Shown piece by piece: positions 60,092 to 64,000 of a DNA stretch of 64,000 nt. Position 1 is the stretch's first letter. Every line of letters begins with the position of its first letter. The notes below the pieces were generated by a model. The model saw nothing but the letters and a program-made list of their open reading frames with translations, ran no database searches and was not told the origin of the DNA. The translations under genes and the position numbers were made by a program. This DNA comes from Candidatus Campbellbacteria bacterium (GTDB taxonomy: Bacteria > Patescibacteriota > Minisyncoccia > Phycocordibacterales > EsbW-18): contig JANLIT010000004.1 of the NCBI GenBank assembly GCA_024653945.1, positions 13,281-77,280 on the forward strand, written 5' to 3'.

Positions 60092-61165
60092 TTATCTGTC
60101 AATTTCAACAACCCCTGTCTTAACGTTATTTTTCTCGTTTGACTCAGTAACTGAATCGGTGGGGTCAACTTCTATGCGGTAATCGTCTTCATCCGCATTT
60201 TTTATACGATCAAACCCAATAACATATTCAATACGATCTCCAGGAAAAAGTGATTGCTGGCTTGTTGATGTATATGTGTATGAGGGAGATGTAGGAAGTG
60301 CTATTTCAAATTTCCACTTGCCTGACTCCTTTGTTCCATCATTGCGAATTTCAAATTTAATCGCTCCTCGTTTCCCTGATGGAAGTTTGTAGGGAATATC
60401 ATTTGTTTCTGTAAACGATCCTGTTTTTGTATCTACAAGACCAAGCGCAATAACGCGAGGAGCAAGATCTGGTTTTCCGTTCGGGTCAGAAAATGGAGGC
60501 ACAATGACGGGAACGGTGATTGTCTGCCCAACTGAACCTGTCACGACCCCTGTTGCTGTCGGAGTTGGTTGCGTTGATGTACTTGTTGTTGTCGTAGTAG
60601 TTGTGGTTGTTGTAGTACTTGTTGCCGTATCAAGATACGCATCTTGTACAAGAAGTGAAAGAGTTCCTTCTTGAGAAACGAAGGGGCTGTCATTTTCAGT
60701 AAAACGAATTGAAACTGAAACTGTGGCAATCCCGTCCACTGTACCAACTGGCACAAGTGTTATCTCATTCCTACCATCAGTAAGTGGTGTTGGTGTATTA
60801 CAAAAGAGCGTTGTGTCTGTACTAGCAACACGGCGTACAAGATGTACACCATCAGTACATTCATAGACAAAGGTGTATGAACCTTCCGTGTCCTTACCGC
60901 GGTGTTCCCATGTGAGTGTAAATGGCTTGTTCACGACAATCTGACTATCAACCGTGGACACAATAATGCGCTCCGCTGGAATAAAAAGTGATTGTACACT
61001 GGCAACCGCAGTTGCGAGTGCGCTTCCAACGCTTGGAAACAGCACGAGCCCACGCGCACCAACCCACACAACGCCCGCGATAATCGCAATACCGCCGACA
61101 ACACTCAATACTTTAATAGTGAGATCTTTATATTTAGATGCTTTTTGTATAATAGGGAGGTCCAT
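60092..61165 (-). CDS. Membrane-anchored protein with Thr linker and C-terminal CARDB-like domain
   Basis: PDL...F.IRN.G...VDP.DSV.ESNE.NN. Confidence 0.75.
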   Translation of the reverse strand: MDLPIIQKASKYKDLTIKVLSVVGGIAIIAGVVWVGARGLVLFPSVGSALATAVASVQSLFIPAERIIVSTVDSQIVVNKPFTLTWEHRGKDTEGSYTFVYECTDGVHLVRRVASTDTTLFCNTPTPLTDGRNEITLVPVGTVDGIATVSVSIRFTENDSPFVSQEGTLSLLVQDAYLDTATSTTTTTTTTTTTSTSTQPTPTATGVVTGSVGQTITVPVIVPPFSDPNGKPDLAPRVIALGLVDTKTGSFTETNDIPYKLPSGKRGAIKFEIRNDGTKESGKWKFEIALPTSPSYTYTSTSQQSLFPGDRIEYVIGFDRIKNADEDDYRIEVDPTDSVTESNEKNNVKTGVVEIDR

Positions 61166-61414
61166 ATAGAGTTGAAGTTAGAGGTTAGAAGTTTGAGGTT
61201 AGTAATTAGTTTTGGTTTAAATACTTTTTTGGATTTCGAACTTTGTGCTTTGAGCTTTCCTATTAGTGGCTTTGTTAAGCCGTTTTTTAATGTTCAATAA
61301 TTGTAAGTCGTATTATATAGCAATCATTTACGAATGTCAAGCCCACGCATTATTTCCTTTTTGACACGACACGTAGCAGAAGCCCCCGACCAGTCTGTCT
61401 GGTCGAGGGCAAAA

Positions 61415-62043
61415 TGGGGACACATGACTGTCCGTCTTCAAAACAGGACCAAGCTCGTCCCCAAAAGAACAGCGGCGGGAGAAAGACAAATAGGAGTCCG
61501 TTTTTGTAAGCTTACACCTTTAATAACGTCTTCTCCCATCACAAGATTCTATTTCAAATAAAATCCTCTGATGAGAGGGCGACCGAAGTCGCCCTTGGGG
61601 ACATATACCCTTTCGTTCAAGTAAGAACAAGCATCGGGGCGTCCCCAAAAGAACTGCGGTGAAAGACAGCACTACTTTCGTCTTCGAGTGAAGACTTAGG
61701 GAATAACGTCTTTCACCTTTTTCAAATTGCGAGGGTGGCGAAACAATTACCAGTCATCCCGTCAAGGAAACCAGTCCATTCGTTTCGCCAAGGCAGACAA
61801 AGGTGGCAGCTTTCAGTTTGAAAACACCAGGAGTCGTCTACCATCCCTCCTTACAAAACCCTTCAAAAAAGATTCTGTAAGGAAGGGTGCATCTCTGGCG
61901 CGCATGCGCGCCAGAGATGCACCCTGTGCGGACAGAGGATCTCTCGTCTTTTAAAAGAAACCGCAAACTTCGTCCGCACTAAAATCTAATCGTATGGAGA
62001 CATGTTCACTTACGTCTCTAAGACATCATGGATAACGTCTCCA
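61415..62043 (-). repeat. Stem-loop dual-spacer guide array (TIGR-like), downstream part, 8 units
   Basis: Plus-strand unit: stem-ACA-N10-CGT-loop-ACA/AAA-N10-CGT-stem'; units at 61415, 61477, 61595, 61658, 61736, 61792, 61926, 61995. Confidence 0.85.
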
Positions 62044-62057
62044 CACGAACATCAACA

Positions 62058-63152
62058 CTAGGCTACTTTCTTCTGCCGTTCCACCTCGCGCTCGAGGTCC
62101 CACCACGTCATGTAGACGTACTCGGCGAACTTCGTCACCGTGCGCCAGATCGCCATCTTGTGGATGTGCCCGTCGGTGTAGCGCTTCTTGCCCTCCACCA
62201 CGACAACGTCGGGGTGTGCGACACGGAGCTTCGCCTTGTACTCGCGGAGCTTCTTGCCCCAGACCGAATCCGGCCTGCGGTTGAACTGCTCACCGAGAAG
62301 GTAGAGTGCCTGACGACAGTCGGGCTGCCAGTTGGCAACTTCACCAGAACGGCGACGTGCAAAACGGCCGTCCGAAAGGACGTGTACGCCACAGAACTTC
62401 TTGAAGCCGGGCTCCGTCGCAAAACGGCGGATGTCGATGATCGCGGCAATCATACGTGCCGCAATCTTGACCCCGCATCCTTCGACCGGAGAGAAGACTC
62501 GCTCGAACACGTCGAGACTCTCGACGGCCGAAGCGAGCTCCCTCTCGCGCGCCTTCTCTTCCGAGAGAAGGGCTTGGAGGATCGCGTCGTTGGCTTTCTT
62601 GGCCTCGAACGCTTTCTCCACGCCGCCTTCGGGCACGAGACCGTCGGGCGAGCAGAAGATGCTGCCGATGGTTCGCTGACGAAGGCGCTGTTCGCATGCG
62701 ATGCGCGCTTTCATTGCGTCGATGCGGGCACTGTACGCCACGCGCACCTTGACCAGCGAGAGGTCGCGGACCGTCACGGGGTAAAACAAGTTCGGCGACG
62801 TCTCCGCGAGACGAACAAGCTCGGACGAGTCGTCGTCCTTGCTGTCCGTCGTGCGGTTGTTCTTGAGGACAAAGCTCGGCACGCGCATGATGCTTGCGCC
62901 GATCTCACCCGCGCGACGAGACAGAGCGAATGCGAGGTAGTCCCCGCTTCCGCCCAAAACCATCGCGAGGTTGTCGCCTTCGCGAACACCCTCACCTTTG
63001 TAGTCGCCGAGCACGAACTGAAGCTCAGCATCCTCGTCGGGGAGATCCAGAAGGCGAACCTTCTTCCCCTCCTTGATAGCAACCTGCGTCGGATGCGATT
63101 CACCTTCCGCCGTCTTCTTCACTCGATGCCTGATTCCGATTGTTCGTCCCAT
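62058..63152 (-). CDS. Tas-like protein (IS110/Nop-domain family) with degenerate RuvC-like N-terminus
   Basis: GCG.KIAARMIA.IIDIRRF....FKKFCG, RR.SG...NW...RQALY, GHIHKMAIWR..KF; GGAGAGGAG RBS before ATG at 63152. Confidence 0.8.
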   Translation of the reverse strand: MGRTIGIRHRVKKTAEGESHPTQVAIKEGKKVRLLDLPDEDAELQFVLGDYKGEGVREGDNLAMVLGGSGDYLAFALSRRAGEIGASIMRVPSFVLKNNRTTDSKDDDSSELVRLAETSPNLFYPVTVRDLSLVKVRVAYSARIDAMKARIACEQRLRQRTIGSIFCSPDGLVPEGGVEKAFEAKKANDAILQALLSEEKARERELASAVESLDVFERVFSPVEGCGVKIAARMIAAIIDIRRFATEPGFKKFCGVHVLSDGRFARRRSGEVANWQPDCRQALYLLGEQFNRRPDSVWGKKLREYKAKLRVAHPDVVVVEGKKRYTDGHIHKMAIWRTVTKFAEYVYMTWWDLEREVERQKKVA

Positions 63153-63238
63153 TGTGAGACACTCCTCTCCGCTAGCGCGGGTTCGGCCCTGTTTGATTAT
63201 CTTGGGGCCATTGTTGATGTATACGACAAAGAACAACA

Positions 63239-63533
63239 GTGAGAGGTACAACTCATGCCTCGTCCGTTAAGGACAACTCTCGAATCGTACCTCTCACAAA
63301 TCTAATTTGAGGGAGAAAGAACACAATTCCATACGTTTTTAAAACAATCGCCTTTTCGTTCTCTCTCCCATCACAAGATTCTATTTCAAATAAAATCCTC
63401 TGATGAGAGGGCGACCAAAGTCGCCCTTGGGAACATGAGCATTGTCGTCCAAACGAACACCTCGACTTTCGTTCCCAAAAAGAGCAGTGGACAAATCAAT
63501 TTTCGTCATAGACGCTTGATCATCCGTCCGCGC
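63239..63533 (-). repeat. Stem-loop dual-spacer guide array (TIGR-like), upstream part, 4 units
   Basis: Units at 63239-63297, 63311-63369, 63427-63478, 63484-63533 with the same ACA-N10-CGT x2 architecture. Confidence 0.85.
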
Positions 63534-63537
63534 TGAA

Positions 63538-63566
63538 AGACTAGCACAGAATAGAATGTGTGTCAA
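63538..63566 (-). promoter_or_regulatory. sigma70 promoter for the array/Tas locus
   Basis: Minus strand TTGACA-17 bp-TAGTCT with TGn; predicted start at the edge of the first unit. Confidence 0.7.
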
Positions 63567-63734
63567 ATAGTGCGATATATCGCACTAAACAAAAAGCACT
63601 CGTTATCTCGAATGCTTTTTGTTTTCACTTCTACTTACTGCTCACTACTTTTCCCGACGTTTCAGTCGGGACCCCGACCATAGCGTCGGGGCTACTTACT
63701 ATAAGCTACACGCTACATGTTCTGTGATACATAT

Positions 63735-64000
63735 TTAGATATCAATCTTCGCGAGTTTTGCATTACTCTGAATAAATGTCTTGCGGGAAGGAACATCTGT
63801 TCCCATGAGGATATCAAAAATACGGTCAGCTTCTTGTGCATCTTCAATCGTCACCTGTTTTAGAATTCGTCGTGTTGGATCCATTGTTGTTTCCCACAAC
63901 TCATCCGCATTCATTTCTCCAAGACCTTTGTAGCGTTGAATAGAGAGCTTGGGTAGCTTTGTTAGCTTTGTTAGCTTTTTAGCTTCGTTAGCTTCGTTAG
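63735..64000 (-). CDS. gyrB: DNA gyrase subunit B, 3' end (partial)
   Basis: Hand translation [42 protein letters not shown]. Confidence 0.93.
   Translation of the reverse strand, partial: NEANEAKKLTKLTKLPKLSIQRYKGLGEMNADELWETTMDPTRRILKQVTIEDAQEADRIFDILMGTDVPSRKTFIQSNAKLAKIDI

Noticed and set aside
61568-61600. CTGATGAG plus hairpin as a hammerhead ribozyme (also at 63400)
   Set aside because: No GAAA after stem II and no stem III/UH; it also lies on the strand opposite the predicted transcript
62058-63152. Ordinary IS110 element with a single bridge RNA
   Set aside because: Twelve different two-segment units and an altered DEDD site do not fit one target loop plus one donor loop, although the families are related
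62028-63242. 404-aa plus-strand ORF
   Set aside because: Antisense shadow of the GC-rich Tas-like gene; no motifs, and it starts inside an array unit
61415-63533. CRISPR array
   Set aside because: No constant direct repeat, no 25-45-nt spacers, no cas genes

Overview
Chromosomal segment of a small-genome bacterium, most consistent with Patescibacteria/CPR (Parcubacteria-like). The basis is compact housekeeping genes (tsaC, tsaD, valS, lepA, murJ, rpmG, clpB, infB, rbfA, gyrA, mltG, leuS, ychF, 3' end of gyrB), a tandem pilin-like cluster, sortases with large surface proteins, RNase P RNA and 11 tRNA genes. Main discovery (61.4-63.6 kb): a GC-rich IS110/Nop-domain-like gene with an apparently degenerate RuvC site, embedded in an array of 12 stem-loop units. 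Each unit carries two ~10-nt variable segments framed by ACG...TGT motifs, and a sigma70 promoter lies directly upstream. This looks like a TIGR-Tas-type dual-spacer RNA-guided system, possibly a non-cutting variant. Other notable items: (i) structured elements behind most tRNA genes that carry an antisense copy of that tRNA's own T-arm and/or a duplicated tRNA 3' end; (ii) an unannotated ~450-nt highly structured ncRNA with its own promoter and terminator; (iii) a RAYT-like Y1 transposase with REP-like palindromes; (iv) sortase substrates with shared termini but no C-terminal TM anchor; (v) heptamer microsatellites inserted in-frame into essential genes. All calls were made by eye from motifs; no database search or folding was run.
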